64,000 nucleotides of DNA, from contig CAVVMW010000015.1 of assembly GCA_963749495.1 (NCBI GenBank), forward strand, positions 1 to 64,000, written 5' to 3'. The notes beneath the pieces are model-generated. The model had not been told where the DNA came from, searched no databases, and saw only the letters and a list, made by a program, of their open reading frames with translations. The DNA comes from an uncultured bacterium. GTDB lineage: Bacteria > Verrucomicrobiota > Verrucomicrobiia > Limisphaerales > UBA8199. The position numbers and the translations under genes were made by a program. This document shows positions 21,890-32,575 of this stretch, one piece after another; within the stretch, counting starts at the first letter, position 1; every line of letters starts with the position of its first letter.

Positions 21890-22615
21890 GGGGATTCAGG
21901 GTGTAAGGGGTCTGCTGGCGCAGCCTGGCCTCTTGCTGGCCGGAGCGGGCGCGCTGCTTCCCGCCTGGCCGTCCCCTCCGGTGTCCTGCCACAAAAAGCG
22001 GCAGTGGGGCACGAGCACCTGGTTAAAGACCCGGCGCACCAGCCGTGCCGGCAACCATTGCGCAAGCCAGGTCACGGCCATTGCGGCGGATGCGAGCGGG
22101 CTGGGAGCATATCCGTACTGCTTGATGGCATGGCGCCTGGCGCGTAGCGTCTTGGCGATGACCTGGCGCTGGAACCTCAACGAGGCGTTCGTGCCGGAAA
22201 TGCGAACCCGGGCCAGGTGCTCGGGCAGATTCGCCAGCCTGTAATGCCCCCCCACGCGGAGCCAAAACTCCAGGTCCTGCACCAGGTCGAAAGCCTCATC
22301 ATAGCACCCGAGCCTGTCGAAGCACTCCTTGCGAATCAGGGCCGCCGAGTGGCAAATCGGGTTCCGGAACCAAAACGCCCGCACACACGCCCGGTGGCTC
22401 TGAGGGTACTCCTTTCTGGAGAAGACTCGGCCCTCCGCGTCCATGAGCAGGCAGTTGGCCCCGCACACGCCGATGTCATGGTTCCGCGCCTCCTCCATGA
22501 AACTCATCTGCCTCTCGAGCCGTTGCGGCAGCCAGGCGTCGTCGCTGTCCAGCGGCGCGATGTATCGCCCCGACGCCTGCTGCAAGCCCAGGTTGAGGGC
22601 CGCGGAGATGCCTAG

Positions 22616-24836
22616 CCTGGATTTCCACGGAAAACAGTTCGCCTAACACTGGTGCCCGAACAGGGCGGTCTTTGGCCATGCCCCCACACCCCTGGTACGC
22701 CTGCCCGCGCTGTAATAGCGGCCTGTTTCGCCCTCTCCTCCCGTGGCTTTCTTTCGAGCACCAGCTTCCAAAGGGTTAATTAAATAGTGCTCTGATATTT
22801 ATGATTGATGATTTATACTTGCTTATGTTCCGGAAGCTGCTTCGCCGGTGCCGCCTCACAGTATCCCCAACAACCCCTGATTTTACGGCCAATGTGACGA
22901 TGCACCCCTCCACAACCCGTTGCGGCAGCAATTCGCGCTTGACACCATTCCTTGTATGTGACATTCTATATTCATGGTTTTCAGAAAACCATTTGCACTC
23001 ACGGAACCGCGCGCCTTCTTCCTCGAACCCGCGGTGCCCAAGCACCGCCAATATGAGGCCCTGCGCGCCTACTTCGTCGAAGGCCGCCCCTCCCATGAGG
23101 TCGCCCGCGCCTTCGGCTACTCCCCGGCCTCCTTCCGCGTCCTGTGCTACAGCTTCTGCCACGACCCGCAGCCCGCCTTCTTCCTCACCACCCGCCCCGG
23201 CCCCCGGACTCAACCCAAGAAGACGGCCGCCCACTCGCTCATCATCGCCCTGCGCAAGCAGAACCACTCGGTCTATGAAATCAGCGCAACGCTCAAAGCC
23301 CAAAAGCTCCTCTTGAGCCCCACCGCCGTACGCGAGGTCCTCAAGGCCGAGGGCTTCGCCCGGCTGCCCCGCCGCCTGGATGAGGAGCGACCCCAGGGCC
23401 CCCGTCCCACGGTCGAAGCCGTCGCCGATGTGCGCACCTTCTCCCTGGCCCCCCGGCGCTTCCTCACCCAGTGTGGCGGTCTGTTCCTGTTCCTGCCCGA
23501 GTTGGCCCGCCTGCCCATCGAGGCCCTGGCGGATGCGGCCCGCTTGCCGGGTTCCCGCATGATTCCCCCGGCCCATGCCTTGCGCGCCTGCCTCAGCCTC
23601 AAGCTCTGGTCGCTGGAACGTAAAAGCCAGGTCATGTCGCTGGTGGCCGATGAGGGCCTGGCCTTGTTCTCCGGCCTCAACGTCAGCCCCAAGAAAAGCT
23701 TCTTTAGCGAATACTCCTCCCGCATTACGCCAGCCCACACGCAAAGACTCTTGGCCGCTTGGCACGATCAAGCCCAAGGGCGCAAACTCTGGAGCGGGGC
23801 CTCCTTCAACCTGGATTTCCATTCCGTGCCCTACTACGGGGAGGACCCCCAGGTCCAGTCGCATTACGTGTCCATGCGCAGTCGCCGCCAGCCCAGTATT
23901 TTGGCCTTTTTGGCCCAGGATGACCAGAGCCAGAGCTTCTGCTACTCCAATGCCGATTTGCGCAAGGGCGAGGAGGCCGAGGAAATCTTCGCCTTCATCG
24001 CCTTCTGGCAGAAGGCCCACGGACGGCCGCCCGAACATCTGGTCTTCGATTCCAAGCTCACCACTTATGCCAACCTGGTGCGCCTGGATAAGGAGTTGCA
24101 CATTCCTTTCATTACCCTGCGCCGCCGCTCCCCCAAGCTGCTCAGAGAGGTCTATTCGCTGCCCCGCTCGGCCTGGCGCCAGGTGGAGTTGGATGTGCCC
24201 ACCCGCCGCTACCGCACGCCGCGCGTTTTCGAGCAGCCCGTCCAACTGGAAGGCCATGGGTTCCGGCAACTCTTCGTGTTGGACCTGGGGCACGAGCAAC
24301 CGACGATCCTGCTGACCAACCAACACCAGGTCTCGGCCCCGGCCCTGATCACCCGCTACGCCCACCGGATGCTCATTGAGAATAGTCTCAGTGACGCCGT
24401 CCGCTTCTTCCACCTCGACGCCCTCAGTTCGGCCGTCGGGCTCAAGGTGGACTTTGACATGGCCCTGCTGGTGGTTGCCAGCGGCCTCTACCGCCTGCTG
24501 GCGCGGCGGATGCGAGGCTACGCCGACGCGCAAGCCCGCCGTATCTTTGCCGACTTGGTGCGCATGCCGGCGCAGGTCGAGGTGAGTGACCAGGAGGTAC
24601 GAGTTGAGTTCCACCGACGGGCTCATTTGCCCATCGTGTTGGCTTCTGGACTGTGCAACCAATCCGTAGCGGTCCCCTGGTGGGAGGGCCGCCGCCTTCG
24701 TCTGACCACCTACACCGGTCGGTGAATCCGCCAGCGACTGCCCAGCCGGGAGGCTACCGCGGAGCCGCCGGTCTGCGCCGGGCTCCGGCCCCGCGGCAGC
24801 CCGCGTTAGGTCAATTCTTTTCCGTGGAAATCCAGG
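22616..24836 (+). mobile_element. DDE insertion sequence of uncertain family (IS4-superfamily-like)
   Basis: 19-bp TIR CCTGGATTTCCACGGAAAA (22616-22634 / 24818-24836), with CTAG on both sides (22612-22615 / 24837-24840). Confidence 0.9.
22974..24725 (+). CDS. Transposase (583 aa) with N-terminal HTH regions
   Basis: Only long sense ORF within the TIRs; candidate DDE residues in LDFH, VFDSK and RMLIEN. Confidence 0.8.
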   Translation: MVFRKPFALTEPRAFFLEPAVPKHRQYEALRAYFVEGRPSHEVARAFGYSPASFRVLCYSFCHDPQPAFFLTTRPGPRTQPKKTAAHSLIIALRKQNHSVYEISATLKAQKLLLSPTAVREVLKAEGFARLPRRLDEERPQGPRPTVEAVADVRTFSLAPRRFLTQCGGLFLFLPELARLPIEALADAARLPGSRMIPPAHALRACLSLKLWSLERKSQVMSLVADEGLALFSGLNVSPKKSFFSEYSSRITPAHTQRLLAAWHDQAQGRKLWSGASFNLDFHSVPYYGEDPQVQSHYVSMRSRRQPSILAFLAQDDQSQSFCYSNADLRKGEEAEEIFAFIAFWQKAHGRPPEHLVFDSKLTTYANLVRLDKELHIPFITLRRRSPKLLREVYSLPRSAWRQVELDVPTRRYRTPRVFEQPVQLEGHGFRQLFVLDLGHEQPTILLTNQHQVSAPALITRYAHRMLIENSLSDAVRFFHLDALSSAVGLKVDFDMALLVVASGLYRLLARRMRGYADAQARRIFADLVRMPAQVEVSDQEVRVEFHRRAHLPIVLASGLCNQSVAVPWWEGRRLRLTTYTGR

Positions 24837-25133
24837 CTAGCCTCGAATCGGGCAGCAGCGGCTTCACCCTTGGCTCCCCCCGCGCAAACTGCCGGATGAT
24901 GTCCCACGAGCCGTCGGATGAGCGGTTGTCCACCGCCAGCAACTCCCAATCGCCCTTGGTTTGGGCCAGCACGCTCTCGATGGCCTCGGCGAGAAAAGGC
25001 GCGTGGTCCTGGCTGAGCAGCAGCACGGAAACAGCAGGTGTGGCGCTCATAGCGCGAGGGCGGTGGCTGGAGCGCGAGAGGGGGGCTGCCGGGGCTGGAT
25101 GGGAAACGCCAGGAGAGTTCGGCTGAGCAAAGA

Positions 25134-25205
25134 AACCGCAGAGACGCAAAGAACGCAGAGAGGACGAACCAACGCAATCTCTGCGTTCTTTGCGTCTCTG
25201 CGGTT
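25134..25205. repeat. Perfect 28-bp inverted repeat (AACCGCAGAGACGCAAAGAACGCAGAGA)
   Basis: Arms at 25134-25161 and 25178-25205. Confidence 0.85.
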
Positions 25206-25237
25206 AAGCACGCGCCCCGAGTTTCCAGTGATAATCC

Positions 25238-26482
25238 TCATGCTCTTTGCGAGGGTGTGATATTTCCAGCCACGCGTACGCTGCCCCTGGTCCTGGAGAG
25301 CCGTGCAAGGTCCTGAATTACCCAACCGATCGCTGCGGCCATCACAAGGGCAAGGACGGGCCGTGGCACCGGCTCTACCTCAAAGAGGTATGGAAAGTAG
25401 GTGAACGCCGAGGCGAACTGAACCATGGCCGCCACCAGCCATCCGCCCGGGGTCCAGAGGGCATATACCAGCGAGAGCACGTCGGCCGGGAAGAAGTATC
25501 GCTCGTGCATGCCCGGAAGCAGGAACGGCGGAAACAGCACCGAGAGCAGCGCCAACGAGACCAGCCAGCGAGACTCGCCGCTCCCCGGGGCCGGGCCGCG
25601 CCTCGCCCAAAGCACAAAGACCTCCGCCACCAGCAACGTCAGCCCGATCCCTGCAGTCCAAAGGATGTCCGAGCGCCGGACGGGGACCCACTGGTACCAG
25701 TTGGTCGCCCCAAGGACCAGATCGGGCATCATGTCCGCAGAGCCCAAGGGCCAGAGGGCCTGCCCGACCGCTCTCCCTGCCACGACCGCCGGAAGGGCGC
25801 ATCCAATATAAACCGCCGGCGAGATCCACACGCACTTCCACGGCAACCGTCCTGAGAGGCACAGCGCCGCCAGCAGCGGGCACCAGAAAATGGCCTGTGG
25901 CTTGAGCGCGCACGAGAAGCCGAAAGCCGCGAGCGCCGCCACCGGGCGCCCCTGGAGCAGGTAAAAGAGCGCAGCCACGAAGCCGGCGGTGTACATCATG
26001 TCACACTGCCCCCAGAGCGCCGAGTTCATCACGACCGTTGGCAGGAACAGAAAGGCTGACAGCGCCGCCAGCCGCATCCGGCCTGGCCCGAACTGGAGGC
26101 CAGCCAGCCTCCAGAAGTACCAGCCAGCAAGATAGTCGGCCGAGATCGAGAAGAGCTTGATCGCATAGAGCTTCGAGAGCGGCAGGAGCGTGCTCAAGGA
26201 GATGAAATAAAGATAGAGAGGGGGATAAGTCGCCGAAGGCTCCCGCAGCGCCAGCCCAAGCCACCGCCCGTGCGCCACGAAAAAATCGTACCAATTGCTC
26301 AGGAAGGCCCGGTAATCACCACTCTGGAAACCAAAGAAGCTGAGGCGCAAGACCATGGAGCCCACAATAATTGCGCACAGCCAAACCCCGGCCCCTCGGA
26401 CGCTTTTCAGATGACCCGGATCGGAGGTGGAGATCTCCTGCCCCCGGCTGACGAACCCGGCAACGGCCGCACTGCGGACCAC
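25238..26482 (-). CDS. Polytopic membrane glycosyltransferase (GT-C, Gpi18/mannosyltransferase-like); start uncertain
   Basis: SGDY..W, TYPPLYLY, NSALWGQCD, K.QAIF and PGMHERYF motifs; many TM segments. Confidence 0.8.
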   Translation of the reverse strand: MVRSAAVAGFVSRGQEISTSDPGHLKSVRGAGVWLCAIIVGSMVLRLSFFGFQSGDYRAFLSNWYDFFVAHGRWLGLALREPSATYPPLYLYFISLSTLLPLSKLYAIKLFSISADYLAGWYFWRLAGLQFGPGRMRLAALSAFLFLPTVVMNSALWGQCDMMYTAGFVAALFYLLQGRPVAALAAFGFSCALKPQAIFWCPLLAALCLSGRLPWKCVWISPAVYIGCALPAVVAGRAVGQALWPLGSADMMPDLVLGATNWYQWVPVRRSDILWTAGIGLTLLVAEVFVLWARRGPAPGSGESRWLVSLALLSVLFPPFLLPGMHERYFFPADVLSLVYALWTPGGWLVAAMVQFASAFTYFPYLFEVEPVPRPVLALVMAAAIGWVIQDLARLSRTRGSVRVAGNITPSQRA

Positions 26483-26492
26483 CGCCTGGACC

Positions 26493-28016
26493 TCAGGTCA
26501 CATGTTCAACGGGCGCGGGCGCGGCAGGAACGGTGCCGCCGTCTCGAGCAGGTTCGGCAGGCAGGTGCCGCCAAAGCCAATAAATGCCCCCGATCAGAAT
26601 GGCGTAATACACCACCACCGAGAGCCAAGGAGGAAGCCCGCAAACCGTTCCCAAGTTCGGCGCAAGCTGGCCCTTTAGCAGAAGCGGAATGTGGAAATCA
26701 AAGAGCGGATTTGGGTGGTCGTTGAAGGGCGGACACGCATTCGTGAGTGTTGCCAGTGTGGTGATGACGATCGAGTAGCCGGCCAGGAGGATTCCCACCC
26801 GTGGAAAGCGCTGCGCTCCGAGCGCGCACGGCAGGGCCAGAAACGGCAGGATTGGGGCCAGATAGCGAGGCCCAAGCGTCGGCCCTGCCGGCCAATCCCA
26901 GGTGCGGCCGGAGAGGACAATGATCTGGACGAGGGGAACCGCGTAGGTCAGCCAGAAGACGGCCGGGTGGCGGCGCGCCAGCCTCGTGTAACCGAAGCCT
27001 GCCATCGCCAGAAACGGCGTCCAGAAAAGCAGCCCGCGCGCTGGGCTGAGTAGGAGATTAGAGCCCGTCTCTGGATTCGGCCATTTGATGGCGTACAGGC
27101 CCTCCTTCATTGCGGGAAAGGAGGCGTTCAGGGCGTAGGGCAAGATAAATGGATTCCGGAAACAAAGCCAGCTATACCCTGGGACGAGCAACAGTGGCGG
27201 CACAACAGCCATGCAGAAGGGAACGGCCCGCCGCCACCGCTGCGCTGCCACCCATGCAACGAGCCCAGCAACGGCGATGCCGACCGTGTATTCGCATGCC
27301 AGCGCCCACCCGCAAGCCTGGCCGGCCAGCAGCTCCCAGCGGCTCTCCTGAAGCCATCCCCACGCCCGGTTTTCGCCGCCCGCTTGAATGTGCCCCTGTA
27401 CCCCGGCCCCGTGCCCTCGCGCCGAGAGATCGGCCCTCCCAAGCGCCCAAAGCGCGATTGCAAGCAGGGCGACGACAAGAGCATGTGAAAACATCATCGT
27501 AGCGTAGGGCAAAGGCGCAGCCCCCAAAAAGAGCGCAAACGCGGTCACTAGGGCGCATTTTGACGGGGCGCAGCTCGACAACCAAGCGAAAAGCAGCCCT
27601 GCTCCAAGGCCCACGACGATGCCTGCGAGCCCACACAACTGATCCAACTGGAGAAGAGCCAGCCAGCGCGTGAATCCAGATCATTTCCCGTTGCCCTCCA
27701 GGCAATGCCACTCACAACAAAAGCTGGCAGGGCGAAAACGACGGTTCCGGGGGCCTTGTCACTGTAAAAATGACCCTCGTACTTTGCAACGTCCGGGGTG
27801 TTTGCGTGATAGGCATCTAATATTCAGTGTGCCCCTCGCTATGGCGTGAAGCAAATCTAGTCGCGAGCGAGCGGTTGGGCAGTCGGCTGGGTTTTGGTGA
27901 ATATAGCCTGTCGCAAAAAAAACCAGGAGGCAGACCGCGCCGCACACACGAAAATGGCTTAGGTGCGCCCTGGGCCTGCGCCGTGGCTGCCGTCGTTCCG
28001 TCTCGTGCTCGTTCAT
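26493..28016 (-). CDS. Polytopic membrane protein, possibly GT-C; frameshifted in the 5' part
   Basis: N-terminal ARSRLDLLHAI segment, then multiple TMs with GLLFWTP and GPRYLAP motifs. Confidence 0.6.
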
Positions 28017-28906
28017 CCGGTCCTGTCCGAGCGGAAGAAGAGGGCCAAAGGGCAGCCGCATGCCGTCTGCTTGCTTTGCCGATGCACCCATGCACCAGCT
28101 TGGCAAGGGAAGCTTGCCTCGGGGGCGCGTCCAAGGATGCTTTTCCGTCCTCTGGCGTACACGTGGGTGCGGCTAGCGATCCCGTACGTAGTCTGTGCGC
28201 GGGCGTGGGCCGTGGAACGAGCGCAGCGGGCAGACGCTTCCGCGCCTCGACGCAGTCAGCTTTCTTGCCGCCGGGGAAGCCTTCCTTGGCCGGCCACGAG
28301 GCGTTAGCGGTGTGGTTGCGAATTTTCACGCCTGCACTGAAGACTTGATCCCACGGCGCTGGGCCCTCAAGGCTCCTCCGTGATCCGCCGTGCCCAGACA
28401 TCTATTTGGCTTCGTCGCAGCCCACGCCTTGAGTTGACGGCTACCAAGACCTCCACGGGCGCCGCGCTTCTTGGTCGAAAGCCGACACCATGCCGATGAC
28501 CCCGGAGACCCAGATAAAGCCGGCCAGAACCCAACTAATTGCAGTTAGCTCCCGGTGGGGGATGCCTGTCCAATCCCAAACGGTTCCGAGGCACGAGCAC
28601 GGTTGACCGCTGCCGATCGCCACCAAGCCGGCGTGGTAGAGCAGAAACTCAGCCCCAACGGTCGCGGCCACCAGGGCCTTCCATAATCGATTGGGCGCAA
28701 CAAGCATGGCTATGCAGCCAGAAAGCTCCGAAGCCAAGGCGAGGAACAGGATGCGGCCAGTCGGCAAGCCCAGCACGGGTTCCGCTAGCCCGCATATTTC
28801 ATAGTTGATCGCGAAATTTGGCATGAAATCGCCATGGTGGGCCGGATTTACCGGGCCTGGACCACTGGCAGGATGGCGGGTGGGTTACCGACAGGGTGTC
28901 GAACGC

Positions 28907-29128
28907 TCAGCCGACTGCCAAAGCGCGGGGACGAGCGCGCGGCGGCGGGGCGTGCGGGCGCACCAAATATAGTTCGCTTCGGTTCAAAAGCTCCCACTCG
29001 ACCTGCTCTCCCGGCTCCAGCCCAATGGCGGCGGCCAGGGGGATCGGAAAATACACATAGAGCTTGGGGGTCTGCCCCTTGGAACGGATTGCCTGCACTT
29101 TGAGTGAATATTTTACTTGCTTTTTCAT
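28907..29128 (-). CDS. Small AbrB/MazE-like protein inside IS1380
   Basis: LYVYFPIPLAAAIGLEPGEQVEW fits the AbrB swapped-hairpin pattern. Confidence 0.6.
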   Translation of the reverse strand: MKKQVKYSLKVQAIRSKGQTPKLYVYFPIPLAAAIGLEPGEQVEWELLNRSELYLVRPHAPPPRARPRALAVG

Positions 29129-29150
29129 ATCTAGCCTATAGACTAACTAC

Positions 29151-30599
29151 ATGTGCGTTGCCAATCAAGCAATTCTCTTTGATGACTTGGGTCCTCGCCG
29201 TGTGCAAGCCGATTTCTCCGGCGGCGCCCTCTCCAGTGATGCCGGCGCGCTGCTGCTGCGCCAGGTTGACACTAACCTCGGGGTGACGGCGGAACTGGCG
29301 CAATGTTTTTACGACCTGCGTGACCCCGACTGGGTAGACCATTCGGTGCAGGAACTCCTGCGCCAGCGCATCTTCGGAACGGCCCTGGGCTACGAAGACA
29401 TTGAGGATCACCAGCGCCTGCGCTTGGACCCGCTGCTGGCTGCCGCCTGCGGCAAGACCGATCCGCTGGGACAAGACAGGGTGCTGCCGCAGCACCGGGG
29501 CATCGCGCTGGCGGCGCCCTCCACACTCAACCGGCTGGAATTATCCAATAACAAAGACACGCGCTGCCACAAACTGCCGCACGCCCCAGCCAAGGTGGAA
29601 GCCTGCCTGCTGAAAATGGGGGTGCGCTGTCTGCCCAAACGCGCCAAGGAGATCGTGGTGGATTTGGACGCAATGGGCCATCGGTTGCACGGATTTCAGG
29701 AGGGGCGGCACTTCAACGCCTACTATGACGACTATTGTTATCTGCCGCTCTATGCCTTTGTCGGGGACTTCCCGCTATGGGCGCAACTGCGCACCGCCGA
29801 GCACGAGGCAGCCCACGGAGCGGTGCCCGCGCTGGAGAAGATAGTGGCCGCGATTCGCAAGCGTTGCCCCAAGGCGCGGATTATTGTGCGCGGGGACAGC
29901 GGTTTTGGCCGGCAGGAGATTATGGCTTGGTGCGAGAGCCAGCAGGGGATTTACTATTGCCTGGGCTTGGCCAAGAACTCGGTGTTAATTGAGAAGCTGG
30001 GGCCGGCCCTGGCTCAAGCCCGAGCCCGTCACTGTCTGACCGGTGCGGCCAGCGTGCGCCAGTTCGCTGAGTTTCAATACCGGACGCTCGACAGTTGGAG
30101 TCGGGAGCGCCGGGTGATCGGCAAAGCCGAAGTGATGAACGCAGGGGAAAACCCACGGTTTGTGGTGACCAATCTGCCTGCCGAAGGCTTCAAGAACGAT
30201 GAGGATGAGGATGAGCAACAGAGCCGCTTCAGTCCGGCCCGGCTTTATGAGGAACTGTACTGCGCCCGGGGCGATATGGAAAACCTGCTCAAGCAGCAAG
30301 TGCTGGATTTACACGCCGACCGGATGAGCACGCATTATATGGCCAGCAATCAGTTTCGATTGTGGGAGGCCATGTTTGCTTACCTGTTGATGGAGCGCTT
30401 GCGCACGCAGGGCTTGGCGGGAACGGAGTTGGAGCGGGCGACGGCTGGGAGCCTGCGTGTGAAGCTGCTGAAAATCGCGGCCCAGGTGCGCGTGAGCGTG
30501 CGCCGGGTCTATGTGCAGATGTGCAGCGCCTATCCCTTGCAAGCGCTGTTTCGGCGGTGCCACCGGCGGCTGATGGCGTTGGCGCCGGCCCCGGGCTAA
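29151..30599 (+). CDS. IS1380 transposase
   Basis: FSGGALSSDAG, GYED, VDLDA, FNAYYD, VRGDSGF and YCARGDMEN. Confidence 0.93.
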   Translation: MCVANQAILFDDLGPRRVQADFSGGALSSDAGALLLRQVDTNLGVTAELAQCFYDLRDPDWVDHSVQELLRQRIFGTALGYEDIEDHQRLRLDPLLAAACGKTDPLGQDRVLPQHRGIALAAPSTLNRLELSNNKDTRCHKLPHAPAKVEACLLKMGVRCLPKRAKEIVVDLDAMGHRLHGFQEGRHFNAYYDDYCYLPLYAFVGDFPLWAQLRTAEHEAAHGAVPALEKIVAAIRKRCPKARIIVRGDSGFGRQEIMAWCESQQGIYYCLGLAKNSVLIEKLGPALAQARARHCLTGAASVRQFAEFQYRTLDSWSRERRVIGKAEVMNAGENPRFVVTNLPAEGFKNDEDEDEQQSRFSPARLYEELYCARGDMENLLKQQVLDLHADRMSTHYMASNQFRLWEAMFAYLLMERLRTQGLAGTELERATAGSLRVKLLKIAAQVRVSVRRVYVQMCSAYPLQALFRRCHRRLMALAPAPG

Positions 30600-30945
30600 G
30601 TGCAGAAAAATGGGGTCGATGTTTCAAGAGTCACGGGAGGGGTGTTTTCAGCGGCAGCCTTTTTGTTTGACTAAAGACTCCGTTGCGCCCTGATCAGTGC
30701 CCAGACGGAAAAAACTGCGCCGCCCAGCCCGATTTGTCTCCAAAAAATCCTCCGAAACGCGAAAAGCCGGGTGGGCTATGAAATATGCGGGCTAGCGCTA
30801 GAGCCCGACCGCCGCAAACGATGCTCCCCACCTTAAGGGCACACGTTGTCAGCAGGATCCACCATGACGCCAAAAGAAGCACACTTGGGAGGCGCCCCCC
30901 GGATGCGCGACATAACCAGTTGCGGCATCTCATGCTGGGACCGAA

Positions 30946-31320
30946 TTAAGGACACGGATCCTCCCAATCTACGACCCACTCATCCTTATCCCCGGGGGTC
31001 TCGCTATTGGTCACCATCTTCCCGCATTTGTTGCACCATCCTTGACAGGAATAGTAGCATTTTCCAGCGTCCGTGTCGTAGTACCACGGCGGCGGCGCCG
31101 AAACGGTTGTCCTTCGCGTACCCTCGTCGGAAGTCTGTCCGCTAATGGCGCCGCCATCAATTGGGCAGCGCGAGGTACAGATCTGCAGGAGCCAACCGCA
31201 CGATTCTGTGGGTCACGTGTCCGCACAGATGGTACCGTAGTAAACCGCGCCGAGCGCCGTGAAGAGGCAACCCGCCGCCACGCCGGTTAGTGCCAGCCAA
31301 CCTTTGAAGTGCTTGTTCAT
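30946..31320 (-). pseudogene. Small secreted Cys-rich protein (124 codons) with an in-frame TGA at codon 36
   Basis: Hand translation: MNKHFKGWLALTGVAAGCLFTALGAVYYGTICADT*PTESCGWLLQICTSRC...KCYYSCQGWCNKCG...DPCP. It fits tightly between its neighbours and is absent from the ORF track. Confidence 0.6.
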
Positions 31321-31342
31321 ATTTGTTCTGCTATTCGGATTC

Positions 31343-32491
31343 CTAGCGTTGTTCCTGCCTTTTTGCTCTCCTTGCCCGAACGAGCAAGAAGGCCAGCGGG
31401 GCGAGCAGGATACACCCCGCTACAGCCATATAAATCGCTGCGGCCACCGGCGCGGTACGTCTCGGGTGCCGGCGGTCCATATCTTTGTCAACGGCCAGTA
31501 GATTGAACACATTAGTTCCCAGGATGGCGTAGGGGACGCCATTGGAAATCATGTCTCGTTGCACACGAGGCAGGGCATCGGGATCAATGAATTGCCGCGC
31601 CTCAAAACTCTCCCCTGGCAGAGGTGAGCTCGCGATTCGCAGCCTATGAATTCGTATTTCGTTTAGAACCCTCTCGGGCTAACCCTCGTGGGCCTCCCCG
31701 ACGACCCGTATCGTGCTGGGCAAGCCCTGCGGCACCTCTGCACCTCCGTAGGAGTACAGAATTCGCTGTCGCATGAACGCCGGCCCTGGGCGTCCGCGCT
31801 TGCCACTCTCCTTCGATAGTGAGAGACGCACGCCACTTGGGCGACCGTCTTGGCCGAAGGAGAGCTCTCCTTCCACCCAGATGCGCTGCGCAGGCATCAA
31901 ATATGTAATCCGATCCGTCCGCCAGTCAAGGCTTCCGGGCGGCTGCTGCACGCCCAAGTTTAAAATTTCGCCGATCACGTTGGTCTCGGCGATCCTCACC
32001 GGCGTCCCTATGTGATTCCTAAGCTCGCGCCTGTCGCCCCTGTCCCGCCACTCGCCATGTACGACAGGACCTGAACTCGACCCGCGGATCGTCCAATAGT
32101 AATCTTCGTAGTGGCCAAGGACCAACGTAGATATGCCGGGCGCAACGGGGTTGGTCAGCGCCGACCTGCTGGGCGCCTGCCTCAAAACGCAGGCGCCCGG
32201 CTGCCATCGAAGCCACATCCACCGGGTCTCGCCGCCCTTGTCGGGCGCATATTGGTACTCGCATTCCAACTCCTCGATAACTGGCGGGGAGGCCACGAAA
32301 CTCTTGAAATCAGTTCCCCCCTCGCTCCCGGACGGGCCGCCGATGACGCCAGCCAGGGCCAGTAGGGCCACAGCCAGCCTTGCCTGCGGGGACGCGCGGG
32401 CTGGGCCGCGGTGGTGTGCCTGTTGGGCGTAACTGCCCCATCCACGGGCGCGCAAGCTCATGGTTCTTTTTACCACGAAGGCCAAGGCCAA
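31343..32491 (-). pseudogene. Hypothetical exported protein with C-terminal TM anchor and an internal TAG at 31679-31681; start uncertain
   Basis: ORFs 31679-32491 and 31343-31564 share a frame, separated by one stop. Signal-like N-terminus and C-terminal TM. Confidence 0.55.
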
Positions 32492-32575
32492 GCGAAGCCC
32501 AGACTTAGGGTAGGGCCTTGGGTAGGAGCGAGGGTACGCAGCGGGGACGACGCGGCACGGCGCCGCTCACCAGCC

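Larger units (their letters stand above)
21896..25050 (-). pseudogene. GT2 glycosyltransferase interrupted by the IS at 22616-24836
   Basis: Removing the IS and one CTAG restores the frame ..VDNRSSDGS..PDSRL|GISAALNLGL..YIAPLDSDD. Confidence 0.9.
28789..30791 (+). mobile_element. IS1380-family element
   Basis: 16-bp TIR CCCGCATATTTCATAG (28789-28804 / 30776-30791) and CTAG TSD (28785-28788 / 30792-30795). Confidence 0.93.
28441..30933 (-). pseudogene. MauE/DoxX-like membrane protein interrupted by IS1380
   Basis: Removing the IS restores ..ALKVGS..GRALAL|AEPVLG..ELSG..QPCSCLG (CxCxG motif of MauE-like proteins). Confidence 0.75.

Noticed and set aside
1098..31681. Genome-wide stop-codon reassignment suggested by three in-frame stops
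   Set aside because: TGA and TAG terminate many intact genes here. The three cases are in accessory genes with other signs of decay.
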